Shown in pieces: positions 11,901 through 24,945 of a DNA stretch of 64,000 nucleotides (the first letter of the stretch is position 1; each line of letters begins with the position of its first letter). Made by a program: the position numbers and the translations under genes. Origin of the DNA: Octopus bimaculoides (Eukaryota); NCBI RefSeq assembly GCF_001194135.2, contig NC_068990.1, positions 88,892,802 to 88,956,801 of the forward strand, written 5' to 3'. Below the pieces are notes generated by a model, which saw only the letters and a list, made by a program, of their open reading frames with translations, was not told the DNA's origin and made no database searches.

Positions 11901-14169
11901 AACTGATCTGCGGTATTTAGTTACACAGATTCTGATTTTGAATCCTGCCAAAGTCGACTTCACTTTTCGTCCCTATTGGCTAAGTGAAATAATTACTGGG
12001 TTCCATATAAAATCGACTGTTCCTTTCCTCAGTTTGTGGCCGTGTGCCAATCTTGGAAACTATTACTATTATTATTCGAGCGTTATCAAATTAGGCATTC
12101 GTTACACCAGAAACTTTTTTTATTCGTGTTAGGTTTTCTTTAATTTCTCAAATGGACTTTCTGCAAAAAGTTTATCAAAATACCATTATTAATTGGTACT
12201 ATACTTTGGGTTCACTTATGTCATAGACATGGAAATTTTGTATCTTAATTCCGTATGTGGCATTGTTTAGCATTAGTTAAGTAGACAACGCAGGTTAAAA
12301 TTTTTTTCCTCTTCAGGAAAATGAAGTGTCGCCTATCGCAAATTGTCGAATTGAGACGGATAAATGAAAAGGCTAAATTAGATTCAAAATAAAACATCTA
12401 AACGTAAATATCGGTACAAGACCACAAATTTTGAAGTTAACGATTATTTATTCCATTCAGATTGGAAGAAGGAAGGAAATGTAAAGTCGATCTCGGTGTA
12501 CTTTAAACTCAGAACGTGGATAGATGAGAATGAATGTTATTAATCTTTGGCATTTATTCTATCGTCCACCCACCCCACCGACAGTGATTTTTAACTGTGG
12601 GACTGGGTCATTTCCAAGGGGAGGGAAGAGTACAACCAGCTGAATTCTCCATATAAAAGTAGAATACTAGATGCGAGGAAGAAATGGTGGGCTGTTTTGG
12701 TAAAATAATTTTAAAAAATAAATATGTGCTACGCGAAAGGAATTCCAAAATTCAAAAGGTAGAAATGTGAAAGACAGACTGATGACCGAAAATGTTTCAG
12801 CCTTGACCATCCAGCCTTATTTTTAGGCATAATATATCGAGGAATATATTATTCTGTGTTTTTGGTTGCTATTTATTGCTAGTGGTTCACTTAACGTAGA
12901 AGTTTTTTTTCTTTTGCTCTACTTCTTTACATTATTTATACTTATTGAGTCCAGAGGTGTGGTGTATTTAGAGAGAAGTAAATAGTCTTTCTCATTCTAC
13001 AGTTTCAGCTATTGCATTGCTTTTTCTTTCTTTTTTCTTAAACGCAAATTTGCAATTATGTGAAGAATTCAATGATAAGACTCGACAGACGGTAGCATGA
13101 ATTATTTTCCGTCTACTGACGTGGCATTTTGAGAATTTCTTTGATAGAAGCAGGCAAAGCAATAGACATTCTTTAATCTTTACCCTGCCTATCATAAACA
13201 GATGCTACACGAATCAATGAAGGAGTTAATATAGTCGGGCGTAGAAGTAGTAGTCAAATCTATAGATGGAAAAAAAATATCCTGAAAACGGGAAGGACAC
13301 ATGGTAGTTCGCGATACCATTAAAAATCAAGATCAATCTTGATTGAAACGTCTTTGAGCATAGCCTGCTCAATCTGAGATGATCTGGGACTAAACAATAA
13401 ATGCTTTTATTTCATTATGATTGCTTTTTTTTCTTGTATATATTGGCGTCTATTTATAGATAACTATGTATGAAAGTAAATTATTTATCCATTTCCTAAT
13501 AGCACTTTGTTGTTGTTTATTCTCCAGATCAGGCCGAAAGATCGCCATCAGGCCTTAGTTGAGCAGATTTATGATCAAAGGCACTTCAGCTGTGGCCATC
13601 CCGTCTATTTCTACTAGAACTACGTTGATCAATATATTCTTTCATTTTAAGACGCTAAGTTGTGGTTTGAGAGAGTTTGGCTATTATTTCTAGCATATTG
13701 AGTGACCGTGTAGACGCTCGATTTCTTACATTTATGCTTGCATCTATTTCTATTTTGGTAACTCTCTCATAGATTTTATAGATTCCATATTTTAATTGAT
13801 TTCTGACTTGTTTCTGCCTCCTCACTAGATACGTGTATATGTACGCGCGCGCGCGCGTGTATACAAACTGATAAAAGAAAACACGTGCGCGACACGCACG
13901 CCAGACACGAAAACTCACGTCATCATAATAGTCATTGGATAATATTCTTTTATTCGTTTCAGTCATTTCACTGCGGCCATGCTGGAGCATCGCAACAAAA
14001 ACTCAGATGGATCCCCAAGGGTATATGGGCCCCGGGTTGAGAAACACTAGTTTAAACTGACACAAATTTCACACACCACATCTAAGTTGAAAGGATCACA
14101 GAGTATGAAATTCAACTCAAACAGTGGCCAAATATTTAGTTTAAATAAATGCATGTGTGTATGCATATT

Positions 14170-14373
14170 CTTTTGCTCTTTTACTTGTTTCAGTTATTTG
14201 ACTATGGCCATGCTGGAGTACCACCTTTAGTCGAAGAAATCAACCCCAGGAATTATTCTTTGTAAATCTAGTACTTATTCTAATGGTCTCCTTTTGCCGA
14301 ACCACTAAGTTACGGGTACGTAAACACACCAACACCAGTTGTCAAGTGATGGTGGTGGGACAAACACAGACAG

Positions 14374-14414
<41 letters not shown>

Positions 14415-14550
14415 GATATATGACGGGCTTCTTTCAGTTTCCGTCTACCAAATCCACTCACAAGGTTTTGGTCAGCTCGAGGCTATAGTAGAAGACACTT
14501 GCCCAAGGTGCCACGCTGTGGGACTGAACCGGAACCATGTGGTTGGTAAG
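14170..14550 (-). mobile_element. tRNA-derived SINE (recurrent octopus-type family)
   Basis: Reverse complement of the family also seen at 29168-29535 and 42865-43025 (GGCACCTTGGGCAAGTGTCTTCTACTATAGC..GGAAACTGAAAGAAGCCCGTC..CCAGCATGGCC). Confidence 0.8.
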
Positions 14551-14999
14551 CGAGGAGAATTGGAAATTCTTTCGTTTTGTGATCACAAAATAAAGTGTTA
14601 AAATATCGTATGGAAAAAGGATTTTTGAGAATCATAATCTCTGTATTTTAAAATGTGAATTTGAAAGATTATGTGCATATAGTATGCAGATGTTCACTGA
14701 AAGTATTATTCCTTGGCCATGTTGCTGATACAAAAATAACTGCTGTCAGACCTTTAAAAACAAGAAAACAAAATAAAACTCACATCACCCTCCAAAAATA
14801 CTGTTCTTATCAGGAAAAGCAGAAACAACACAGCTTTCAATTTTTTTTTTTTTTTTTTTTTTTGTAAAAATTCCCATCTCTGTGCTTTTGTAAGAAGATT
14901 AAATAAGCTGTTATTAAAAGATAATTGTTTTCAAACATTTGACTAATTTGTTACAGTGAATAGAGCTGTCAGTTTTGTCTGTGCACTTTAAATCATCTA

Positions 15000-16400
15000 A
15001 CTTCATTTACATCAGAAATGAATGAACTGGAAATATTGGGTGAAGATTAGCATGAACTGACCAGTTCTGAGAAAGTAGAGGCTTCTAGTTGTGGTAGGAA
15101 AGGCAGAGAGAAGAAACAGTATATTTCCGGGTCAGAAGTTAGTGTTTGAGTGATCTCATGTTAATTTAGTAGGGTTTTTTTGTTTTTTTTTTTAGTGTAG
15201 TCTAGAATGCCTGTATGTGCAATAGTATACTATCCCAGAGGAGGGAGCACTATTCCATTATGAAGTACTTCTGAGTTTTATATGTTGTTTAGTAGTTGTT
15301 GGGAATGTTATACTATTTTCTAGCTCTGAAGAGAAAGGCCTGTCTTTGTATGCAGTCTTTGCTATGTTAAGAACATGCATTTGCCAAGTGAGGTTCTCAG
15401 TGATAGTAAAGCATAGATTTGAAACTATTGTGAGGGTTCTAGTTACATGATATTCATATTTAGGGAAGGTGAAGTGTTATGTTTCCTTTATAAGTATAGC
15501 AATTGTATCACTTTGTGGTTGAGAGAGACAAGATTGGTATTCCTACTGGAAAATGCTTCTATGGGCTCTGTTCACAGTCAGTCTAGGTTTGGCACAAGGT
15601 GTCTAGGTTGCAAGTGGATGACACTTGGATGTGGAAAATTACAGAGGAATGTAGAGTTGGAAATTTGATGCAGTAGTGAGCATTGTTGAAGGAGATAGCA
15701 AATAGGTTATTAGTGTATAAGAAGAGTATAGAGAACAAATGCTGAACTGTGGGGATACTAGAGTTGATAATGTGGCTCAGATAGAACTCTAAAAGCATAA
15801 GTTGTGATAATTTGATCTGAAAGGATTTGCATTGACAGTATTTTACAGTACAGAATACTTCATATCTCTGATCTTCTTCTTGCAGAACCTTAGAAAATCT
15901 CTTACTTTGTATGTTGAATATTGAGCTTACTTGTAATGTATACCTGATATCAATTTCAATTTCTACCTGTCTGATAGTGCTTTTGCTTACTTTGTCACCA
16001 ATCTTTCCAGTCTTGTCTCTTTACTTTTCTGGCTCTATTTAAGGTTCCACTCATTCTATCACCATATTACTTTCTGTTTTACCTTGCTTTTCCTACAGCA
16101 CCCATTTACTCATCTCTGCAATCTGGCCAGATCTACCTTTTATTATGCTAGCACTGATGGTGACAGCCTTGAAGATTTGTATCTGACCAGAAGAAAGGGG
16201 TTTCCAGTGGTGGGTGAGTTGTTTTCCTATCATTTGATGATAGTTGATTCTCACAGTTGGTCAACCCACGATTGTGTGTCATACAAATATAAGTGTTAGT
16301 GCTATGTACACATTTAGGGCTTTTCATTGTATTTGTAACTATCATGATTTTAGCATAGTTTTATTAGCCTTTTGCTCTTCCTGTTGTGAACCACTTTACA
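15000..16400 (-). mobile_element. Highly decayed CR1/L2/Jockey-group LINE reverse-transcriptase fragment
   Basis: IINSSIPTVQHLFSILFLYTNNLFAISFNNAHYCIKFPTLHSS resembles PINSGVPQGSVLSPTLFLLFINDL..IHSYADDSTLHSS; YKTQKYFIME*CSLLWD resembles YKAQ.RP.MEYCSHLW. Confidence 0.6.
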
Positions 16401-18594
16401 ATATAGATTAGATACATCTTATTGTGCTTCAAGCCCTGGAGACGTTGTCAAGTCAACCTAAAGTATTTTCTCTACACTATTAGTTTTATTTGTTTTCATT
16501 CAGAGTTACTATTCTCTTATTGTACAGTCTTCATTTACTCCATCTAGAATTTCATTCAGTCATTGTTCTCCTGGTTAGATAGGGAGAATGCTATAAAAGA
16601 GAGGCTGAACATGTTTGTAGGCAAAAATAGATACTAATAAATATGATGATGATGAGGAGGAGGAGGATAATTGTTTTTAATTTAGGAACAAGGCCAGTAG
16701 TTTTGAGGAGATGGGATAGTTGATACCATTATACTCTAGTACTTGACTGATACTTTGTTTTATCAATCCTAAAAGGATGAAAAGCAAATTTTTATCTTGG
16801 CAGGATTTGAGTTCAGCATATGACCTTGCAAGTTGGGCCCAGTTAGAATTTTGTTTAAGTCAAGTAGCCCACCCCATTCAAAAGGTCCCTGAATAAGGGT
16901 TGTTTAAGGATGTTGAATGAAACACTTATGTTTCCAGAGATGAATTATTCAAACCCCATAGAATTCCTCTCAACACATGGCTATGATGCTCCCCCACTAC
17001 TTCTGCTCGTGATCAGAGATGTCAGCCACCAAGGGACATGCTCAACTGGTTAAAGTCAAATAACAGACAAGCAAATCTGTGGTATTGAACAGAATATGTA
17101 CTGTAGCTCGTAATCCCTACTAGAAGGATTATAAAGATATGACAAAACAAAATCTGTCAAGAGTGAGTCACTCACAGCTGATTTAAAGTTATATTTGTTT
17201 TATTAGTCAGCTGGTGGTGGTGTTTACATCCGAATGTGTTCTCAGTCACCGGTCAACCACGTCCATAACCCAGTTTCAAAGATTTCATTTCATTCATTTA
17301 GGCAGGACAAATGTTTCTTCACTTAACTAGATCTGTTTTCTAGACAACTGTCAGTGGACTTGTTGCTTTTTTCTTTCTCAGATTGGTACTTATAATCTCT
17401 CTCTCTCTCTTTTTCTGTATATATGTACATACATAGACACACACACACAAATAAACAAACACGCATATACACACACACACATGCATAACACGTATACTAA
17501 AGCTTTCTTACTATTTTCTATTACTATTGCATTCCTCGTGTTCTCTTAGCACAACAAAGTACATGTATGAGTGTTTGTCATCATTGTTTTATATGCATAT
17601 TTTAGCAATATATTCTGAAAATTATTAGAATAAACAAGCTACTCTGGATTTTTGTGAACAAACATGGAAGATGATGCCCTAACTTTATGTGCCATATTTT
17701 GACTTCCATTTCTCTTTTTGCTATACTGACACCAACAACACTTTAAATTTAACAGGAAAGGAAAAGGTTCACTGTACTTGTAACTCTAGCCTCTAACTAC
17801 GACGATTCAACTTTTTGAATGAGGTTGGGAAGAACATATCTGTGGCCAAGAGAAAGAAATATTTTCAGTGATTAGATGTCAAGATGGCCAAGTTCATCCT
17901 GTGAGTCTAGAACAGCATCAATGACAAACTATGATGGGTTGATGTGGTCCATTGGCAAAACAACTCAAGATGGCTGAATCCAAACATGTGATACATGAGA
18001 ATATCACATCCAAGGGCTACATGATGAGGGGAGGGTATTTCATGTTAGGCAAGACATAGGAGAGCTGTGTGATTATGGGACCCACTATATGATGTGGCCT
18101 CTAATTTTCAAAGCCAAGGCCTCATTGGGGGCTGTTGTCATGGATGTGGTTGGTATTATGGATGGAAGCCACCAGATCCTGGTATGAAGTTTCTTCCATG
18201 ACAACATCAGGACCATCACTGGGGCTGACAATGGCTTTGTTGAATGATCTGTTTCTTTGATGTATCTAGTTGAAAACGTGAAGAATTTTTCTGGGAATAT
18301 GTTTTTTTTTCAGTTTATTATTTCAGTTTTTCCTTGTTTTGTTCTCAGTTGCCTTGTATATCTTGTATATGTGTATTGTAATAGCAGCCATATGTACTCT
18401 AGTTTTAAAATACTGTATCTGTGCTTGTTCTGTGAGTTAACTAAAAAGTTGTGTACCAGGAAGGACATTTGGCTGTAATACACTGCCTCAAAAAGGAACC
18501 TTGCTAAGTACAATTAAAAATAGGGTCTACGAAGCTAACCCCAGCATTAGCAGGGAAAATGGTCTTAAAGTCTTTGTAACAGTAATTCAGTGTA

Positions 18595-18720
18595 GGTATG
18601 GCTGTGTGGTTAGGAAGTTCTGTTCCCAACCACTGCATGGCACCTTTGGCAAGTGTCTTCTATAGCCCTGGGCAAACCAAAGTGAGTGGATTTAGTAGAA
18701 ACTAGCTCATTACGTATATG
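18595..18720 (+). mobile_element. Truncated SINE
   Basis: ATGGCTGTGTGGTTAGGAAG..GGCACCTTTGGCAAGTGTCTTC..GTGAGTGGATTTAGTAG; same family as 29168. Confidence 0.7.
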
Positions 18721-20289
18721 TGAGTACTTTCATATTTCCCATGTATATTTGCTTGCTGTTTGTAAACAATGGCTTCACTAATGGTGTCATTTACTTTTAA
18801 TCCACTGCAAAAGCATGTCTGGGTTTCTTGACATTTTGCACAATCTTTGTAAAGAAAAAGACTTGTTCATACAGAGTCAATTATTTTCAGTTCTCCTTGT
18901 AAACATGTCCATGTTTATTGTTTTACAAACTGGATAAATATTACCACACTTGGAAATAAGTTGAGGCTGATGACAGGAAGAGTATTTAACCAGAGACAGT
19001 TCTGCCTGAACATACTCTTGTCGACCCATGCAAGCATCCTATTAAAACTAAAATGATGATATGTGTGCGTGCATCTTCGCACGTTCACATGCACATTGGG
19101 TTAAACATTCTGAAACACAGTAATCAGAATATTATAGGGTAAACATCAATATTTATGTAATTATACAGGTATAATCGTACAAGATTTTATTCTTTTGGTA
19201 AATATTTTGTACCTCAGTATGGAATAATTTTTTTCCACTTTTTTGTGGGTGCATTCAACATGTCTGACCGCCAAACCCACTGCAAGCCACTTTTTTTTCT
19301 GGAAAAGAAAGCTAGGAGGGGTGGTGGGGACCTTGAAGTTTCCCAAGTAAGTTTTGTTTTGCAGGTCTTTTTTTCTTTTCTAGGTTATTTTGCATGCTTT
19401 CAACGAATGTGATATCAAAATTACGTGTGAATGACTCCTTTTTCTAGAAAAAGAAAGATTTGGCTGCTATTTCTAGAATGCCCTGCTACCATGTAACAGC
19501 TATTTGCATTCACACTGAAATATTTACCAACTTTTTTCCTTAACTGATACTTTATCAATCCCAGAAACCCAGAATGATGAGTTTTAGATGACCTTATTAG
19601 AGTTTGAACCCAAAGTGTAAAAGCCAGAAAAATAACACAAAGCATTATGTTTGACACTACAATGTTGCTGCCAATTCAAATAATACTGATTTCCAATATA
19701 GGTACAAGACCAGAAATTAAGTGGAAGGGAAATGCTTGATTATATTACGCTAGGTACTTTATTTTATTGACCCAGTGAGAATGAAAGCAAAGTTGATGGC
19801 AACAAGATTTGAACTCAAAATTTAATGAGTTGTAACTAAAAATTGCTTTGAATTTTGTATGAGACTTAAAATTCTGTCCATTTGTATAATATGCAATTGT
19901 GTATGTAATTGTATTTACCAAAAAAAAAAAAAAATTAACCAAACATTTTATGTACATGCATGTAACTTGTGTTTTTTTTTTTTATTTCTTCTAGCTTGAA
20001 GATGCCCCCTTTTCATTGAGGACACAAATTGACATGCAGAATACCATAGCAGAGCATTGTTATAATCAACTTTGGAGATTGCCTTATCTACCAGAACTGG
20101 GAACTAAAAGTTCTTTCCAGAGACGAAAACATTCCTACATAATTCTTTAAACTAACATGACCAGAATGGTTATTATTCTGTTTAAATTATAATTAAACTA
20201 TTTAAGTTCTAATTATGACAATGCAAATATTTAAAGAAGCTTAAGCAATTCCTACTACTTTCAAGGGAAAATACTATAAGAGAATAAAA

Positions 20290-21741
20290 ATGGAGAAAAG
20301 TGACTTAAATGAGAATTTTACATACCAAGATGATATCATTCGTCGCACACGGAAAGCAATCCGTGATTTGCACACACTTCGTAATGAACACCTCAGCATC
20401 ATCAATAATATCAAAATGAATTTCAAAAGCAATGTAGTTGATACAAATGATATAACAGTAGAAAAACTTGATGTTTTGAAACATTCCCAAGAAGCAATAG
20501 ACTTGGCTTTGGAAGAAGCAGAAATAACAATGCTTTTGACAAAACATTTGCAGTATCTAGAAGGAGAGAACTTGAAACTGCGTACTGAGGTGTCACTTCT
20601 GAGGAAAGAGAATGATTGGTTAAGAAGTGAATTGTTAGATGCTCAAACCAAATTGCAAAACTGTCAAGAATCTCTTGTAGTTGCTGAGGAGAAATTAAAG
20701 CACTTTGAGTTCATGAAAGAGTTAAATTATGATGAGAATGAGGAAAAAACTGATAATGGTAGTGAGGGCAAATGCCGCCCTTCATCTTTTGATATGAGTT
20801 TCTTGGATGACATTATAGAAGACACAGAAAGTCCTGGCTATGAAATTCCTGCTCGATTCCGATCGTTGTATGACTTAATAACACAGTATGTTATGCAAGG
20901 TCGACATCAGGTAGCATTAACTTTATGTAAGCAAACAATACAGAATTTAGAAAAAACTAGTCGGTTTAACCCTGAAGAAGCTATAGTCCTACATATGCAG
21001 GCTCGCATCTATAAAGATATGGGCAACATGCAAGAGGCTGTCAGAGTGTTAAAGGCTGCTCTTTTAATAAGAGAAAACACTTTAGGTCATGAACATCCTA
21101 GTGTGGCAGCAGTTCTAAATAACCTTGCTGTGATGTATGGAAAAAGTGGTAATTTCAAAGATGCTGAAAAAATGTGTAAGAGAGCTCTGGAAATAAAAGA
21201 GAAAATCAATGGTACTTATCATCCTTCAGTTGCAAAGTTATTCAATAATCTGGCACTTCTCTGTCAAAATCAAAACAAATATGAACAAGCAGAGTACTAT
21301 TACAATCAGTCTTTGGAAATATATAAATCTATGTTTGGAAATGATCATATGTCGGTAATGAAAAGTAAAAATAACCATGCTTCTTTATATCTTCGGCAAG
21401 GAAAGTATCGGCAAGCTCAGGATATCTACAGAGAGGTTCTTATACAGTTTTGTGAAAAGAAATACGGTAGCATCGATGATGACAGTGGGCATACTTTAAC
21501 TCCTCAGGAACAAGAAAATGGTGGCTTGTTAATCTATTATATAAAAAAAATATGCGAACGGAGTAAAATGGGTTTGAACGTTTTTAAGAATCCTGCATTA
21601 ATCACAACTTTGGTGAACATGGGTATACTTCATAGACTTATTGGTAAAAACAAAGAAGCTTCTCTCTTTGAAGAGAGTGTCTTTAGAATGAAAAAGACTA
21701 ACAGTCGCTATAAATTAGTAACAGTTCCTGAAGAAAATTGA
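20290..21741 (+). CDS. KLC: Kinesin light chain-like protein, 483 aa, single uninterrupted ORF (likely retrogene)
   Basis: N-terminal heptad region (EAEITMLLTKHLQYLEGENLKLRTEVSLLRKENDWLRSEL, cf. KLC [38 protein letters not shown]), GYEIPARFRSL signature, and KLC-type TPRs (HPSVAAVLNNLAVMYGK..KRALEIKEK; HPSVAKLFNNLALLCQNQNKYE). No introns or stops. Confidence 0.95.
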   Translation: MEKSDLNENFTYQDDIIRRTRKAIRDLHTLRNEHLSIINNIKMNFKSNVVDTNDITVEKLDVLKHSQEAIDLALEEAEITMLLTKHLQYLEGENLKLRTEVSLLRKENDWLRSELLDAQTKLQNCQESLVVAEEKLKHFEFMKELNYDENEEKTDNGSEGKCRPSSFDMSFLDDIIEDTESPGYEIPARFRSLYDLITQYVMQGRHQVALTLCKQTIQNLEKTSRFNPEEAIVLHMQARIYKDMGNMQEAVRVLKAALLIRENTLGHEHPSVAAVLNNLAVMYGKSGNFKDAEKMCKRALEIKEKINGTYHPSVAKLFNNLALLCQNQNKYEQAEYYYNQSLEIYKSMFGNDHMSVMKSKNNHASLYLRQGKYRQAQDIYREVLIQFCEKKYGSIDDDSGHTLTPQEQENGGLLIYYIKKICERSKMGLNVFKNPALITTLVNMGILHRLIGKNKEASLFEESVFRMKKTNSRYKLVTVPEEN

Positions 21742-21807
21742 TTTACACTGTATACATACATACATGCATACTGTTCTACACTGCTACAACTCAGTTTATC
21801 ACATCAC

Positions 21808-21813
21808 AATAAA
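21808..21813 (+). promoter_or_regulatory. Putative polyadenylation signal of the KLC-like gene
   Basis: AATAAA about 67 nt after the stop codon; AATAAA is common by chance in AT-rich DNA. Confidence 0.35.
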
Positions 21814-22649
21814 TTATTGTGCAATTAAGGTGCTGCACTCATAATGAATGCCTATACACACTGTTCAAGTCATACAACATAAATTCTACTGCATCATTTA
21901 TGGATCACATGCACTTTAATCTTTGTACTTCAAACTCAAAAAGAAAGTACAAGACTCTTCATGTTTGATATATAATAGTAGTCAAGCAGGCACGTTACTC
22001 TGCACACTCTACTGGGAATAAATTTCACTTTGCGTGTAAGCTGCATTGATGTTTACTCAGAGTGGAATTAAGGTACTGCTTACATTTTTTTTTTCACCTG
22101 ACACTCTACTTTGCTTGGTGTCTACCACTTCCACTGTTTAAGATAAAGGGCATTGAAATTTAAGACTCCAACTCCACCAATTTATAAACTTCCATACCCG
22201 TCCAAACCTGAAAGTCAAAAATAAAATACAGAACTCGAAAGTAACACTAAAATCTAAAATATCAAACCTGATTTGTTATAAATTATCACAATGGTAAACA
22301 TAATGAATACTTCTGAATGAATTAGGAATTCTAAAATTTTAAAACATTTCCTGTGATCTTTTTACACATTGTTTGTTTACTACTGTTATGATTGCTTTCA
22401 TGCACTTAATTTATTTCAGGCTAACTTCAGAAATATTTAACATTTTCAACTCCATTACTGACAGCAGCTTAATATATATGCATTTTGGTATTTTGGTATA
22501 CAGACAGGGGAAAGTGCTCAGAACATGTACACTATTTGTTTGAAACTGGTAATTTAATTCTTGTTTTTGCCAGGTGCAATTCTTCAGTTGACAAAAAGAG
22601 GAAACATTGACTGTGGCAAGTGATGGAATAAATCATTGGATTTGAAAAA

Positions 22650-22691
<42 letters not shown>

Positions 22692-22947
22692 NNNNNNNNN
22701 NNNNNNNNNNNNNNNNNNNNNNNNNNNNNNNNNNNNNNNNNNNNNNNNNNNNNNNNNNNNNNNNNNNNNNNNNNNNNNNNNNNNNNNNNNNNNNNNNNNN
22801 NNNNNNNNNNNNNNNNNNNNNNNNNNNNNNNNNNNNNNNNNNNNNNNNNNNNNNNNNNNNNNNNNNNNNNNNNNNNNNNNNNNNNNNNNNNNNNNNNNNN
22901 NNNNNNNNNNNNNNNNNNNNNNNNNNNNNNNNNNNNNNNNNNNNNNN
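22692..22947. other. Assembly gap (N-run); others at 25236-25527, 29583-29640, 35277-35286, 52269-52541, 57503-57897, 58706-59188
   Basis: Runs of N, mostly flanked by (TA)n microsatellites. Confidence 1.
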
Positions 22948-23100
22948 TATATATATGTATATATGGTATGAAATTAATGATATATATATATGGTATGAAA
23001 TTAATGATATATATATATGGTATGAAATTAATGATATATATATATGGTATGAAATTAATGATATATATATATGGTATGAAATTAATGTGATATATATATA
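22948..23100. repeat. 27-bp minisatellite, ~5 copies visible, abutting an N-gap
   Basis: Unit GGTATGAAATTAATGATATATATATAT. Confidence 0.9.
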
Positions 23101-24635
23101 TAAGTAAAGAATGGCTAAGTTTGCTTCGCAATTATGAGTTTTCGGGTTCAGTTGCATTGTGTGGAATCCTTGGCAAGTGCCTTTACCATAGTCCTGCGTC
23201 ACCTCAAGTTTTGTTAGTGAAATTGTGTAGACAGATGAACTGTACCAATAACTTCAAGTGCAACCTTCTCAAACTGTCATGCTGGTAGTACTTCAGAATT
23301 ATGTTAAAGATACAAGTGTTTGTGAAATATTCAACCACTTTGCATGCTAATTCAGTAAGTTGGTTATTGAGTTGATTGAATTGCTGGATGTGCAATCAGT
23401 CATAATCAATAGGTTAGCTAAATTAGTTAACTATAACCATTGCATCATGTCTTTTTATTGGTAGAATAATGCTTCCAAAACATACCTGTTTCAACTCCAA
23501 TTTTCACATCAAGACTTGTGTGTGTGTGTGTACACACATGCTTGTGTATTTATTGAATTTGTGGCATATTGAAGGTTCCCTCTGCTTGGTTTGGTGATGA
23601 CCCCTTGTCTCCTTTTGTTACAACTCTGATATATATGAATAAATGTGTTTATATTATCAAAAGGATAAAACAGCAGGACTTAGAACCAAGAAAGGAAAAG
23701 AAAATGAGAAATGCTGCTTGAATAATGTGTGTAGTAAGAAGAAAAATATTTACAAACACATTTCTTTTATCTTTCATTGCAAATTTCCTATTAAATTCAT
23801 ATTTTATGGTATGGAGTACCTAGTCAAAACTCCAAAGTAATACCTTAATGAAGAAAAGATGTATGGAAATATATGCTGACTGAATAAAGATCTGATGGAA
23901 CTAGGTATAAATAGTGAGGGAATTTTGCATGTCAGACATGAAATTTGAGTAGCTGTTGTGTTTGGACTTGAAAATGTTAACATTGTTATTCATTTTTCTT
24001 ACTATTAAACAACGTTGGTGTAACAAATACAATTTATTTATTGAACAATGCATTGTTGTTATATCATATGAACTGAGGAAGGAAAAAACAAACTAATATG
24101 ATCAAATATAAATCTCAATTATTTTTTACAAATAAAATTGTTGAATTATAGCTTTTATTGTATTAGTTTTTGTTTCTTGTAACATCTGCCAAATAGCAAC
24201 TATTTACCTGATTTATATTACACTCTGTTTGTCTTTCTGAATGCCTGTCTTAACTTTTGCTAGTTGTTCACTTTCACTCTTATCAATATTAGTTCTTTTC
24301 TTTTGCTACTTCCATTCTCTCTCCCTCTGTTTCTTTTCTCTCTATACTGTCACTCTTTATTCCCTTTCTTTTTTCCTATTCTTTCCTTTGTCCCTGTTTA
24401 ACTCTGTTCTCCCTCACTTAATCAGTCTTTATACTTTACCTCTTTCCTCTTTCACATTTTCAGCAGCTGCTACCTTCTAGTGTTTTAGACCTACTTGCAA
24501 AAATTTACAAAAACAAGAAATGGCCCTCACATGATTGGTTTTCTAATGAACAACTACAATATTTTGTTAAATCCTAGATGATGATGATGAATGTTGATGA
24601 TGATTTTTAAAAGCTTGCCATTATTTTAAATCTCT

Positions 24636-24815
24636 CTAAGGCAGTGAGCTGGCAGAATCATTGGCATGCTGGACAAAATGATCAAATTCTGCTGAGGTCA
24701 ACTTTGCCTTTCATCCTTTCGGGGTTGATAAATTAAGTACCAGTTCAGTACTGGGGTTGATGTAATCGACTGTCCCCCTCCCCCAAATTTCAGGCCTTGT
24801 GCCTATAGTAGAAAG
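24636..24815 (+). mobile_element. SINE, second family (CCTTTCATCCTTTCGGGGTCGATAAATTAAGTACC core)
   Basis: Same core at 49935-50150 (+) and 30215-30350, 39430-39560, 54310-54520 (-). Confidence 0.8.
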
Positions 24816-24945
24816 GATTATTTTAAATCTTTCTCTGAACAAACTTTACAAATTGACCAAGATAGTGAAACAAATGACTTATAGTTGTCCTAATTAAGAC
24901 ATAACCTAGTAAATGTCTGTGTGTGTGTGTGTATTTATATGTACA

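Noticed and set aside
12772-12820. CTGATGA-CC-GAAA motif
   Set aside because: No helix II possible; at best an unrecognisably decayed PLE end.
16099-16213. Exon-like segment on + (ttttcctacag| ... |gtgagt, open frame)
   Set aside because: Lies antisense within the decayed LINE, has no recognisable product, and its phase does not fit neighbouring candidates.
22948-23100. CRISPR-like regular repeats
   Set aside because: No unique spacers, no cas genes, eukaryotic context; a simple minisatellite.
22532-23202. Long ORFs spanning N-runs (also at 25.0-26.0, 52.2-52.6, 57.4-58.0, 58.4-59.5 kb)
   Set aside because: Length comes from Ns and (TA)n/(CA)n repeats; only the RTE and Tc1 parts are real protein remnants.
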